From the NCBI RefSeq assembly GCF_001194135.2, contig NC_068985.1, forward strand, positions 120,774,450 to 120,835,986: a DNA stretch of 61,537 bases. The letters run 5' to 3'. Below the pieces are notes generated by a model. That model made no database searches. It was not told where the DNA came from and saw only the letters and a list, made by a program, of their open reading frames with translations. The position numbers and the translations under genes are program-made. Shown piece by piece: positions 24,598 through 37,567 of this stretch (the stretch's first letter is position 1; each line of letters starts with the position of its first letter). The stretch comes from Octopus bimaculoides. Taxonomy: Eukaryota.

Positions 24598-25899
24598 CAA
24601 CTACTACATGTATTACTGCGGTTGTTGCTGTTGATGCTGCTGCTGGTACTGTTGTTTTCGTTGTTTTGTATTACGAAATTCGGACACATCCGGCTTGTGG
24701 TAGTTCCACCACTACTGTTTGTAGAGTTTATCCGAAATAGTCACCCCGTCGCCCAAGATAGCATTGTCATGCCAATAACTTATAAAAATAGTTCTTAAAC
24801 CAGGATTTGGAAATCTCGCAGAAATGTTTGTAAACCCCTCATACATTTCTCATTATTGCCCAATATCATTCCCAGACTCTCGTCGCTTATACGTCCCACT
24901 CACCCTGTATGCATTGGGAGTGGTTTGAAGTTCCGCCAATTGCATAGCTCATATGGTGAGGGTGCATTGGATGGCTGGCAGTATTCCAGATGCTAAATAA
25001 CAAAAATACACATAATGCATATGAGGACTCTTCTCCAATAGGAAAACGTGAAATACTTTCGAAGGATGTACGTAATTAATTCGACATCCGTATATCGCTG
25101 TTGTTTATGTATTCTATGGTTCTCCAGACAATAGATGCGATTTTTCATACTTAGAATCATAAAACTATATTATGTGATCCATTATACAACCTCGGCCATT
25201 TCCAGTGCTCTGCCCGTTAGAATAAATAAATAACAGGAATGATGATATATATGATCAATCAAATAATATGTGACTTCAGAAGACAGTTCCGTTATCTAAT
25301 ATGAAACCAATCTCCAGCACAGGATAAATCAAACGGACATATATCACAGCTATTCAATATCCTACTGGACAGCAAAAGCTTCCCTATTGCAGTGTGAATA
25401 TCATAATGAACAGCAACATCATCATCATTATCAACAATGACAACAGTAATAAGGAAAACAACAGCAAAAAGTGCAACAAAACACAAAACAAAACTGCTCG
25501 ACAAAATATTAATAAGAATTAAATATCGCGTGTATGATTTTACAATTAGATAGATGAGCAAATTAGTCATACTGACTTTATCGATTATATCTCTCCCATA
25601 GAAAATTCGGCCTGTTCTCTAAAACAAAATATGCAGTATTTCATGCTAACATTCTAATAGGAATGAAAGAGACTGTTGTGAACACTAGACAGCAAGAACA
25701 CACAAGGAGACGACATGTGGAATCTGTGAGAAAGTTTTGTTTCCCAATAAGACCGAATTTCTTTTGCTCATGCCGCTGCTGTTATTCAGAAATACACGCA
25801 TGTGATAGGTTTCCCAGTCCATAATGGGATAGCGAATATCAACGTTGACTTAGTGTCAAGTTTAAAGTGTTGTGTTGTGTTGTAATAAAAGTGTGTGAC

Positions 25900-26085
25900 C
25901 TATTGGTTAGGGTGTTAGGGTGTGTAAGATCGTTGTTTCGTTTCACGGAACGGGCAGTGCACTCTGCTCTTGAGCCAGACTCTTCGTTTCAAGTTTCACT
26001 CAGCTGCAAATGAATCCTAGGAACAGCTGGGAAGTTGGTACTGCTACGGGCCGGCCATGGACCAGCGGTGTCCTGTTTATGGGTG
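25900..26085 (+). mobile_element. degenerate CORE-type SINE
   Basis: ttggttagggtgtt..gctcttgagccagac..cactcagctgcaaatga resembles the family-C head plus CORE domain. Confidence 0.5.
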
Positions 26086-26661
26086 ACTGTTTTAATCTCA
26101 GTTACTTATACGCCATGGAGTGAAGCTCCGACATTATGAGTCCTAGGGCACGTGACCGAACCCAAACTTAAGAGTTGTAATTTAGGAAGTTGTTGTGAAT
26201 TCAATAAAGCGTCCGTCAAACGCTATAAATACTCGGGTTTGGGTAGGAGAATAATTAATACAAGAATATCCCTGGTATAGACAAATAAATAAGGGATTTA
26301 TATGTTTCTACCATAATTTTTATAGCGTTTTTTTTCTGTCAATATTCAGAAGTAAACATATGCTCTACGCATATATGCGTGTGTGTACGTGTGTGTGTGT
26401 GTGTGTATATATATAAATANNNNNNNNNNNNNNNNNNNNNNNNNNNNNNNNNNNNNNNNNNNNNNNNNNNNNNNNNNNNNNNNNNNNNNNNNNNNNNNNN
26501 NNNNNNNNNNNNNNNNNNNNNNNNNNNNNNNNNNNNNNNNNNNNNNNNNNNNNNNNNNNNNNNNNNNNNNNNNNNNNNNNNNNNNNNNNNNNNNNNNNNN
26601 NNNNNNNNNNNNNNNNNNNNNNNNNNNNNNNNNNNNNNNNNNNNNNNNNNNNNNNNNNNNT

Positions 26662-26969
26662 AGGAGCACTCCGTCGGTTACGAAGACGAGTGTCCCAGCT
26701 GATACGATCAACGGAACAGCTTGCTCGTGAAATTAGCACTCCACAGACACATGTACCCTTAACGTAGTTCTCAGGGAGATTCAGCGTGACACACAGTGGG
26801 ACAAGGCTGGCCCTTTGAAATACAGGCACGACTCATATTTTCCAGCTGAGTGGACTGGAGCAACGGGAAATAAAGTGTCTTCCTCAAGGACACAACGTGT
26901 CGCCGGGAATTGAAATCACGACCTTACAATCGTGAGCCGAATACCCTAACCACTAAGCCACGCGCCTTC
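26662..26969 (-). mobile_element. SINE family C (CORE-like), full length
   Basis: Minus: ggcgcgtggcttagtggttagggtattcggctcacgattgtaaggtcgtgatttcaattccc, then ttgtgtccttgaggaagacactttatttcccgttgctccagtccactcagctggaaaatatgagt, which aligns by eye with the MIR/CORE domain; tail shared with 8059. Confidence 0.95.
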
Positions 26970-27333
26970 ACTATATATATGTATAAAGTACCAGCGAAAA
27001 TATTTGATGACGGGTCAATTAAATGTATTCATTAGTTACGATTTTTTTTGTTTCGTTGTGAGGTTTTTTAGGGGAAATGGTGCAGTCCTACATTTTTATT
27101 TTATTTATTTATTTATTTATTTATTTTTCCAACAAGATTTTTCAATTAAATTCCATTGGTGTCAAGTCGAGAAATGTCAATTAGACGTAAAGGTCAAATA
27201 CACTCTTATGAAGTCTTATGCATATTGAGATACCATTTTTTCATTTTTTTTCTTTTGTTGTTGAAGCATTGATAATGATTATGATGAAGATGATCATCAT
27301 CAACATCATCGTCATCATCATCATCATCATCAA

Positions 27334-27387
<54 letters not shown>

Positions 27388-27495
27388 GGTGCTGGTAACG
27401 ATATTTGTCTTAATTATGATGCTAGTAATAGGTGTTGGTAATGATTGTAAAGTTTTTCTTCAATTTATTGGTTGCAGAAGTGAATAGACTCAGTA

Positions 27496-27644
27496 TCTTT
27501 TGTCTTTAACTGGTTTCAGTCATTAGACTGCGGCCATGCTGGGGCACCGCCTTGAACAGTTTGTTTTAGTCGAAAGAATTGACTCCAGTTATGTTTTTCC
27601 GTTAAGCCTGATACTTATTCAAAAGATCTCTTTTGCCGAACCGC
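27496..27644 (-). mobile_element. SINE family B, 3' end
   Basis: tttcagtcattagactgcggccatgctggggcaccgcc..ctcttttgccgaaccgc. Confidence 0.9.
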
Positions 27645-29183
27645 ATTTTATCTCAACGAGAGTCAAGGGAGTGTTTAGAAGAAGAGAGGGTGCAGACAGC
27701 GAAAACCTTCGAGTACAGCTCTACCGATTTGCAGTATTTTGTTCATCTCTCTGTAACTGTTCTGTTATTGCTAGCAACCTCACAAACCTGGTCGTACATA
27801 TATACGATCAAATTCGTTCCTTATGTGATCATTCTGACTTCTTTTGCCACTTAGTGTAGATATCAAGAATATCATCTAATGTAGAATGTACCTCTTTTCT
27901 AAAGGAGACTTGAATGCCGGGGGGGTTGAACTCAGAATGAATAATGCCAGGAATTAAATTAGCTAATATAAAATAGTTAATACGGTGCGCCGCTAAAATT
28001 TCTTCTATTTCACCAACCTGATTATACTACGAATCGATCTGTAACGTTGGCACAGCTCTGCATATATGGGAGAATGTTTAACATCGTTAACATTTTTCAT
28101 GGTATGGATCCGAAAGGCCGCCACGGCGGCTGGCAAGTGGCTGCCTCCTTACTGATAGACGCAGCTTGCTACCTCTTTCAAAGAAGTGTCCACACATTAT
28201 CAATTATCCAGCATCTCCAATCTCATCTTCTGTAAACGCTTTATTATTTCCTTACAGTCACATGACAAGCAGTTTGTCATGACAACAAGAAGATAGTTGC
28301 AGCTGAATGAAAGAGATTTTTTTTTTTTAAGCTCAAAGTCTTGTTATGTCTTGATTAGCATTGACAGCAGAATGTATGTGTGTATATCTATGTATGTCTT
28401 CGTGTGTCTTTGTGTGTGTCCCTATGAATGTCTGTGTCGATCATTCTGTACGTGTTTGTGTGTGTATGTGTGTGGATATGTGTGTATGTTTTTACTATTT
28501 GTATAGTTTAATATCAGTCGATAAGATTGGGGAAAGGTAAGAGGTAGGAAACTGAGATGGTGAAATACATAAAACAGAGTCATTATAAGATGCATAGCAG
28601 TTTTGATATACACTACATCAATTGATAATTGATTCCGCTGCAGTCAGTATTGTTCTTCAGAGCCTGCGACACAAACGCCCATAGTTACGCTTTTATATGC
28701 CTTATGTATGTATGTATGTATGTATGTATGTATGTATACATGCATGTATGAATGAATGAATCAATGAATGAATGAATGAATGAATGTATGCATATATGTA
28801 CATATGCATCTATGTATATGTATATATGTACGAATGTAAGCATTTACGTATTCATGTAGTGATCTATGCTTGAATGTATGTTTTCCATTGAAATTTATTT
28901 CAGTTCTTTATAGAATTGAAGCCGGTTACTGACAAAGTGACAAGACTTCTTTGTTTTGAGTCGAGACAGCTCTAAGGAGTCTGTTGTACCCATATACATT
29001 CATAGATGATTCGTGTGTATGTATGCATGTATGTATGTATGTATGTATGTATGTATGTGTGTATGTATGTGTGTGTGTATGCATGCATGTGTATTTATGT
29101 ATGCATTCGTTTTGTATGCACGTATGCGTCTATGTATGTATATCGTCATATATATGTAGATGTGTGCATGTGTGTGTGTGTAT

Positions 29184-29224
<41 letters not shown>

Positions 29225-30601
29225 GGGACTCGTTTATAACAAAGAAAATGAGCCCCATCGCTAGAATCTGTACAAGAACAACTGCGATGCAAAGTCTTGT
29301 GTATCTTTACTGTTTCGCGTACACATTGTCTTAGCAAAACGCGTGATAAGTGTTCTCATTTACAGTTCTCTGTTCGTTGAGATGACCAGTTAGACATTCA
29401 ATAACGTAACCATGTACACCAATCATTATAGATACAAATTAGAATTTATAATCTGTGTAGAGAAAGCGTAGGTTTCAATGTATTTGACCGTAAATATTCT
29501 CTTTCTCAACAAATTTTAAAGTATTTTTCACATCTGTAAGACAGAAAATTTCTATAAAACGCATGTTTCTTTTTGTCCCCAACAACTACACCGGGGTTCT
29601 CATAACATTTTAGCCAGTCTTTTTGTTCCGAACATTGCACAAAGATGTTTTGTGTTCAAGGTGTGTTTAAGCTTAGATATTTATATATATTTTCTATTCA
29701 TCACAGGCCCAGTATTTCCAATGGATAGTATTGTATGTTGTTAAGGAACACCATGCAATGTACTATTTTGCAGTGCATTATGATGTTATATTTTTTCTCC
29801 TCATCTTCTTGTTTTTTGCCCTTATTGTGCCTCATGTTCCAGATCCCGCACTGAATCCTTTTTTTTTTTTCTGTCATTTCATTTCTGTTCAGCGCTGCTC
29901 TTGCAATTTATTCACTATTCATAATTTTTCATAGTTTTTATATAGAACCCAACCTATAGAAAGTTCAAGCTGAACATCAATTGCAATCACTCTAGCCTGG
30001 GATAAGGAAAAACATGTCAAGCAATACTCTTTAATTCAGTGGTTTTCAAACTAAAAAGTACCAGGACTCCTCTCCAGCAAAATTTATACCCTAATGAAAA
30101 TTGTTGACATTTCTCATTTCTTGATTAACAAAACAAAAATAGGCTTTGCATTCATATAATTTCCTTTCTTGAATATGGTGTTGGACAAGTTTAAAGAGTT
30201 TAAGACCATTTCAGCTTTATTAAACATGGCAATTTGTTTGGCCTCTTTCAATCTGCATAATTTCCTATTATGAAAATTGATATTTTAATTAACTTATAAA
30301 AATAGCTAGCCGATATACTCAATGGCAAGTCTACATTTTCACAGTCGAGAAAATAAAAAAAGGCATGGAATGGCTATTAAAAAGAATGAAATAGAAAGAT
30401 GGGTTTTGGATGACTTGTACCGAAAGTTCAGTTGAGGTCCATAATTATTTGGTTTTATTTGTTTGATACAGTTACCAAAAGCACATTCTGATGCTAGGTC
30501 CGAGAGAGTGTGCAATCAAGGTTAAAAAAGAAAAGGAAAACCATCAGGGCCATTGGAAGATACTATCTGCGCATACACCATGGTGTTACTAAAACAGTAT
30601 A

Positions 30602-30620
30602 CAGTGCCATCTGGTGGGGA
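30602..30620 (-). promoter_or_regulatory. CTCF-like binding motif
   Basis: Minus strand TCCCCACCAGATGGCACTG, close to the CCACCAG(G/A)(G/T)GGC(G/A)CT core; sequence match only. Confidence 0.3.
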
Positions 30621-30735
30621 AAACGTTGCGGACGTCATTGCTGTTTGTACTCCACTCAGTCCTGATCAAACGGATGAACGAGCATAGATGTTCAAGCCAT
30701 GGCGATTCCACCATTTCAGGCATTATTTAATTCCT

Positions 30736-31144
30736 TATCTTTTACTTGTTTCAGTCATCTGACTGCAGCCATGCTGGAGCATCACCTTAAGAACTTCCAG
30801 TCAAATAAAGCGACCCCGCGTGCTTTTTTTAAGCCCGGCACTTATTCCATCGAACTCTTTTTGCCGAACCGCTAAATTACGGGGACGTAAACACACAAAC
30901 ACCGGTTGTCAAGCCATGGTTGAGAACAATCACAGACACCAAGGCACAAACATGCACACACATACACACACACATACTCACATACACCCACACACATACA
31001 AATATATATATGCGACGAACTTCTTTCAGTTTCCCTCTACCAAATCCACTCACAAGGTTTGGTCGCCCCGAGGCTATAGTAGAAGATACTTCCCCAAGAA
31101 ACCACGTGGTTGGGAAGCATGCTTCTTACCAAACAGCTCCGCCT
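30736..31144 (-). mobile_element. SINE family B, near full length
   Basis: Colinear with 54303-54720, with a small deletion in the head. Confidence 0.92.
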
Positions 31145-31439
31145 TACTCTTTTTTTTTTAATCAAAATAAAAGACGTGGCCGAGAAAGAATTCTGACTGT
31201 TATTTCAAGCAAGTTATTCTACCATAGAGAAGCTTCTTTATTTCTTATTGGCTTGCCTGACAGATATGCGATTGTATGGTATTGTGGCTGATAATTCGTT
31301 GAAACGTCTATTAATTTAGCAACGCACGGTCTCGGATGAAATCACTTGCCAAACAAGTACAACTCCTCTGTTAATGTATTCAACTATTTAGCTGTCCTTT
31401 CATTTAATTTATCTAGGCAATATGGAATGGCTGCGGAAC

Positions 31440-32110
31440 ACAAAGAGACTCAGAAATAGAGAGAGACAACTAGAGGAAAGTGAAATGAGGAGTCAGTGAA
31501 AATAGATTAGTTTACCAAGACTGATTAAGATTGATTAAGGCCAATGTGTGTGAGAATTCGAAGAAGGTCAATAGGTGAAGTTTGTACATTAACTACTACG
31601 GAAGAGCAAGAAGAAAGAGGATGGCGTGGGAGATAAAGGAAACAGGGAAGTGGTAGGGGAAAATGAAAGTAGGGGTATAGAGAGGTGTGAGTATTAAGGA
31701 GTAAGGGAAAGAAAATGTGAAGAAAGAGAATCTAAGAGAGAAATAAGTGAGATATAAGGAAAGAAAATGACAGAGAAAGTGAAAATGACTGTGAAATAGA
31801 AAATAGCAAAAACACGAAATTATTGTCAAGGGTCAAAGAAATAATCAAGATGAAATAAATGAACTGAAATAGAGAAAGAGTTAGGAGGGAGATGCAAACA
31901 TAGTGAAAAGAAACAGATGGGCACGAAAGTAAAGAGAAAGGGTCAAAGGGAAGGGGAACTGAGAGAGGAGAACTTAAGAGAGATAAGTTGGAGTAGTGAG
32001 AAACAACCATCAGAAAGAGACAAATACAGAGAGACAGACAGGCCGACAGACTGGCGGATAGAGAGAGTGACAGTGGACGATTGAAAGTTAAGGAAGAGGT
32101 GACAAGGGGA
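31440..32110. repeat. purine-rich low-complexity tract
   Basis: Plus strand dominated by A/G with no clear period; gives the F/L/S-rich minus-strand ORFs. Confidence 0.8.
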
Positions 32111-32589
32111 GATAATGTGAGCTATTATATCATCTGCCAAATGCCAGTTCAATCAACGAATATACGACTGTTTGATTTTAAGACAGGACGAAGCACTTGT
32201 GTCAATTAGTTAGGAAACAACGATGGAGTCTGTACATGGTCACAAGTACGAATTAACAGCCAACGCTCAATACACAGCTAACCATCTTAGAAATGGACAC
32301 TTTGGGTAGGGTAGACCGAGAATTAAAGGTCAAGTGCTCAAGAAGGAAATATTTACAGGTGATGTGCTAGATTATGAATAATCTGGATGTTACACGATAA
32401 CGTCAATATACGACTCATAATCTAGTAGCTTCATATATGCACCCCATCCGGGCATTTCAGACGCATAAGAAACGCAGCCTGATTGAATAACTAATATATT
32501 ACAAGAAAATTACTTTATCCTATTTCCAACTAGTCAGTTAAGTAACCAATTATTTAATGAATCAATCGAGTGGTTAATTAGTTTTGAAA

Positions 32590-32645
32590 CGAATTTAGAA
32601 TTGCAAAACTCCGATCTTTATCAGTGTTTTGCAATTCTCAATTCG
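32590..32645. other. 56-nt fold-back inverted repeat
   Basis: Arms 32590-32609 and 32626-32645 pair at 19/20 positions; the 16-nt spacer pairs partly further. Confidence 0.85.
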
Positions 32646-33357
32646 GATTATAACCTAAGTTACTCATATAGATTAGCTTCAACTAAAACTAGGTTACTTT
32701 ACGCATTCTGTTAGCAGAGGAGAGTCACGTTAAATTGCAGATTCCTCGAGGCTCCTGTAGCAACGCATTCTTTTCATTTCCTCATTATATGTTCTGTAGC
32801 CAATAGTATAAATTAAGCTCGTAAGACGTTTTCAATATTCTCAATAGTTTGTAACCTTGTAGAGTTCTGGTGTCTTCTGACGACAGCCTGCATCCCACCA
32901 CAACACTTACGTAATTTCTAGTCTAAGTGCAAAACACATTTGAAGGGCTCTATGCAACAAGAGGTAAAAGGATATAATGTACTAGAATGGTGTATTCCTG
33001 TTAAACAACAGTAACAGCAATGAGAAAATTTGTCTTTACATATTTTCCGTTTGCTAGAATTCTCGAGATTGCAATATCTGGTGGGTTTAAGAGCGCTAAA
33101 AAGCGGATCGAGTCACTTTCAGTTCTTTGCTCCCACTTCAAAGTAGAAATCAAAACTGAATGACGAACATTTTGTTAACTAATGGTATTAGGTTCAAATG
33201 TTTTCAAACTCTCCAGTCCAGAAAGAGTAAATCCAGAATGAAAGAAGGTAGAATCCAGAAGTTCGTGTTTGATGAGTAGAGACAGGATTAGCTGGTGCGA
33301 CCACACACACACACACATATATATATATAATTATATATATATATATATATCATCATT

Positions 33358-33394
<37 letters not shown>

Positions 33395-33554
33395 CCATCC
33401 CCGACTCTCCCGTCGTTAGACGATGTTCGGTTATTCTTCCCGAATAACCACACAGATGATTTGTTTATAGTTAGCAAATGTTTGTGTTCAGATAAATTCA
33501 CTCCCTGCATCAGATTGGTATTTCCTATACTGGTGCACCATGTGCCACATGTCC

Positions 33555-33691
33555 GATGAGGAAATGATTGCAGAGCAACGTGAAATGAAGTACTTTGCTC
33601 ATGAACACAACGCAACGCCCGGTCTGGGAACCGAACTCACGATCTCGTAATCGTGAGTGCAATACCCTAACCACTAATCCATGTGCCTTCA
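33555..33691 (-). mobile_element. SINE family C head + CORE fragment
   Basis: Minus: gaaggcacatggattagtggttagggtattgcactcacgattacgagatcgtgagttcggttccc..ttgtgttcatgagcaaagtacttcatttcacgttgctc. Confidence 0.85.
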
Positions 33692-33693
33692 CA

Positions 33694-33763
<70 letters not shown>

Positions 33764-34432
33764 GTGTGTGTGTGTGTAACAAAAGATAGAGACAGAAAAT
33801 GGAATATACGAGAAACTTTATTGCTCACAACGGTCGTTTCGACACATCCTGTATCGATCCCTCGTGGATGGTATACTGTACAACTGGTTGTAGTGCATCC
33901 CTCAATGCAGACGCATCTCGAGAGGTGAGGTTAGGCAGTGAACGTGTTTGATCGGTTTACGACTATGAACATGCCCGACACTTTTTTATTTTTTATTTAA
34001 TGCAGCGTAAATTTAATTTTAATTTTAATTTTAATGTGTAAATTGAGCGATAATTCGAATATAATTATTTACAATATGTATTTTGAATCCACTTTTCAAT
34101 TTAATGTTTTCTTTGATTTTTTTTAAAAATAGGATGAATCTATATTGAATTCATTTGTTTTGTTTATTTTGTTCATTGCATACCTAAGACCGTTATTTGA
34201 AACGACCAATGAAACAGATCCATGTTTTTGTTTTTATTTATATTAGTTTTGATTGCATCGTCATTTCTCTCCCATTTTTAACAAAACTGTCCGCTAAACC
34301 GGAACGTGAAACTCTGAGTAACAGCTTTTGTTATATTTCTGCTGCTTATAAGTAAAGTATATATTTATGATTGACCGTTGACTGAACACTATTCAATTTT
34401 TTTTCTCCCTGTTTTTCTCCTTGTCTCCGTAT

Positions 34433-34469
34433 TCTTTCTGTTGAAGAGCGTAGCTCGAAACGTCAAAGA
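34433..34469 (+). ncRNA. minimal type-I hammerhead motif with A6>U core variant
   Basis: TCTTT-CTGTTGA-A-GAGC-GTA-GCTC-GAAA-CGT-C-AAAGA: 5-bp helix I, 4-bp helix II, ACGT palindromic helix III, GUC triplet. Confidence 0.7.
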
Positions 34470-34559
34470 CTTTCCGTGTTCCCGAGCGTCATACTAATAT
34501 ATACTTTTGTTATTTACACCACCTGTCCTCGTCTGTTGTTATTATTTGTATATTCTCCC

Positions 34560-34622
<63 letters not shown>

Positions 34623-35799
34623 TCTATGTATGTATACATGCACACACATATAAAACATGCATGAGAACTCTGTCAACAGTCCTTATCAATCAAATGTGTT
34701 ATGAAACAAATCCCCAAATCCATTCTCTTATACAAAATACAGCAGTCCAACAAGGATACGGTTTCGTGATGAAGTTTTTAGTGCATATAAAATACACATA
34801 TTTCACCCTTGCATTGTGAAGATTGCCCACCGTCTTCAGACAAACAATAGAACAATAACTCTTAAATTTTCCATAGTCATTGTAAGGTGGCGGGGGGTGG
34901 GGTGCTGTGATATCATAATAAAAAAAAATGCTTTTGAAACTTATAGCGATCAATTATATTTTCAAAAACCAATATTTTTTTCTTTTACTATTTTCATATT
35001 AAGAACAAAGAAGTCTCTTTAGTTAGTTTAGCCTTGATTGTTTTTATGAGTTTTTCGTTTTATTTATTTTTTGTTTTATTTTCATTCTCTTTTTCTTTCC
35101 AAATTTTTGAATATATTCTCTTTGAATTTCTTAAGTCATTTTTTTCTGGTATTTTTCTTTTTAATTTAGTAGGAAATTCTTGAGGCAAATTTATAATAGT
35201 AAAAGAAAACAACAAAAAATTATAATGGTAATTTCTATACGAGAAAATAATTGTTATTTTCGTATTTCGTATTAATTATTGGGTTCTTAAACATTTAATA
35301 AATAATAAATAAGACATTGAATCAAGTAAGAAAAGAAATAAGAAATTTATTGAATAAAACAGAAAGTATTCGATCAATGAAAGTTTGGTATAAGTCATAT
35401 GGTGTATTTCAAGAAAATGAAAGAAAGCAGACGATAATTACAAAAAAAAAGCAAAAAAAAAAATGTAATATATAAAAGAAAACAACAGGAAGGTGGTAGT
35501 GAATAGAAGTGTAGCTTTCTACAATAGAAGTAAAAAAAACTACTTCCTTTTTGCATAAATATCTGACTCAAGAAACAGGTTAGATAGAATCATATCGCCA
35601 TAGCTTTCATGATGTCTTCTCTATTGTAACAAAGCCAATATTTTGATATAGTCATATGATCGATCAAGCAGACACTAACGTATTACTGACTCGTACTTAA
35701 AGGGAGTCAAGAGAGGAACTTATAAAAGTCACTTTGTATGCTAGAAAAATAACAAAATTTCCTCGAAATTATTAGTGTCCTAAAAATTCACATATTGCA

Positions 35800-35990
35800 T
35801 AATTTTTTTCTATTATAGGCCGAGGCCTGAAATTTTGGGGGAGGGATTAATTGTTTATACCGTTCCCAGTACTTGACTAGCATTCCTTTCATCGACGCCC
35901 AAAAGATGAAATGCAACTTTGAACTCCACAAGATTTGAACTGGAAGAAATTTTGTCTGATAAATTAACAATTCTGTCAGCTAACCGCCTA
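35800..35990 (-). mobile_element. degenerate family-A SINE
   Basis: aggcctgaaattttgggggagg..ttcatcgacgcccaaaagatgaaatgcaac..atttgaact. Confidence 0.6.
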
Positions 35991-36404
35991 TATCTTGTGC
36001 AATGTTAAGTCCAGAGTCCACTATATGAGAAAACGTGAGATGGCCTTTGCTAGAATACTTTCAATCGAAAACCTATTTCATATCAACTGTATACCTCAGC
36101 AACAAAACGTCATTGGTCTGAAACAATAATATGGATTCCGTTGCAGTGGCGATCGTGAGACCCTGGTTTCAATTCAATTTCAGTTCATGGGCGGTGCATT
36201 GTGTCCTTGAGCAAGATAACTCATCTCAGGTTGCTCTATAAGAGGTACATCGTGCACCTGTTCAAGTTACGTCGTTTTGATAGGGGTGTGGGGAATGAGT
36301 TAATATACAACACATACATTTGACCACTATAAACAAATCGTGTGTGCAGATTGTTCAGCAAGAAATAGCAGAACCCTCTGTCTCGAAATATGAGAAACTA
36401 CTTT

Positions 36405-36488
<84 letters not shown>

Positions 36489-36809
36489 TATGTGCTTGTA
36501 TGTATGTGTGTGAGTGTGTGTGTGTGTGTGTGTGTGAGTGTGTGTGTGCAGGTGTGTGTGTGTATGTGTGAGTATGTGTGTGTGTGTAAATATGCATGCA
36601 TCTTCAGCATTCTGATTTTTGCTTCCATACATGTAAAAACTACCCACAAATTTTAGAACACGATTTGTAACATCACGTTCAATTCCCATCTTTCCTTAGT
36701 TAACTGAAATAATTCTACATAGAATTTCTAATCGGCTTTAAAGAACGCTAAGATTAAAACATATTTAAAATAAGAGAAACAGACAATATGAGTGATATTT
36801 TAAAACCTT

Positions 36810-37567
36810 CATACATAGAAAGTATTAACAATAACATAGGAGGACTTTAGATGCTCCAGGAGGTACTGGAAAAACATTTGTAATTAAACTCCTCCTGGCT
36901 AAAGTTCGTCAGGAAAATAAAATAGCTTTAGCTACTGCTACTTCTGAGATTGCAGCAACATTACTACCCGGAGATCGGACTGCCTATTGAACATTCAAGT
37001 TACCTTTAAATTTATCTAACAAAAAAGATGAAATTTTTTAATATATCTAAAAATTCTGGAATTCTCTGAGACGAATGTATCATGGCTCACAAAAAAGCTT
37101 TTCAAGCTGTGGACATAACGTTACGAGACATTAGAAATTGTAATTTCATAATGGGAAATGTCACAATATTATTGTCAAGAGACTTCCAACAAACACTACC
37201 ATCTCTTCTAAGAGGGACAAAAGTAGTTGAGCTCAGTGCTTCAATAAAGTCTTCTGCATTATGGAACAATGTGAAAACACTTCAACTTTCGACAAATATG
37301 AGATCGAGGCTTTCAAGATATCGATCAGCTGAACTATTTGCTGAGCAACTTCTGAAACTCGGTGAAGGGAGAGTTGCAATTGATGAAGAACAGTTTCTTA
37401 CACTCAATTCAATATGTAAATCAGCTGAATCTGTCGATGATTTCGTCGCTGAAATTTTTCCGAATCTTCTTCATAATTACAATACAGATTGGAACTGTGA
37501 ACGAGCTATTCTGGCTCCCCAAAATGTTGCTCTAAATAGCATTAAGAATATGTTATTGAATAAACTT
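36810..37567 (+). mobile_element. Helitron Rep/Hel PIF1-type helicase fragment (pseudogenised)
   Basis: LDAPGGTGKTF (Walker A, GGTGKT 36859-76), ATATSEIAATLL, TFKLP, (W>stop)DEC.MAHK (Walker B, 37067-75), DFQQTLP, LSTNMR, LLKLGEG, RAILAP.N; stops, frameshifts and a deletion. The motif set matches Helitron-encoded PIF1-like SF1 helicases. Confidence 0.93.

Noticed and set aside
28937-28978. Possible sixth hammerhead (GTGACAA-GACTT..GAGTC-GAGA-CAGCTCT-A)
   Set aside because: Three core mismatches and no helix I pairing.
30037-30052. CAGTGGTTTTCAAACT, like a hAT/Charlie TIR
   Set aside because: No partner inverted repeat or 8-bp TSD found nearby.
33030-33160. Good polypyrimidine/AG acceptor followed by a 34-codon frame; similar candidates at 13033-13064 and 51955-52045
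   Set aside because: No recognisable protein similarity and no consistent exon chain; such sites are common by chance in AT-rich DNA.
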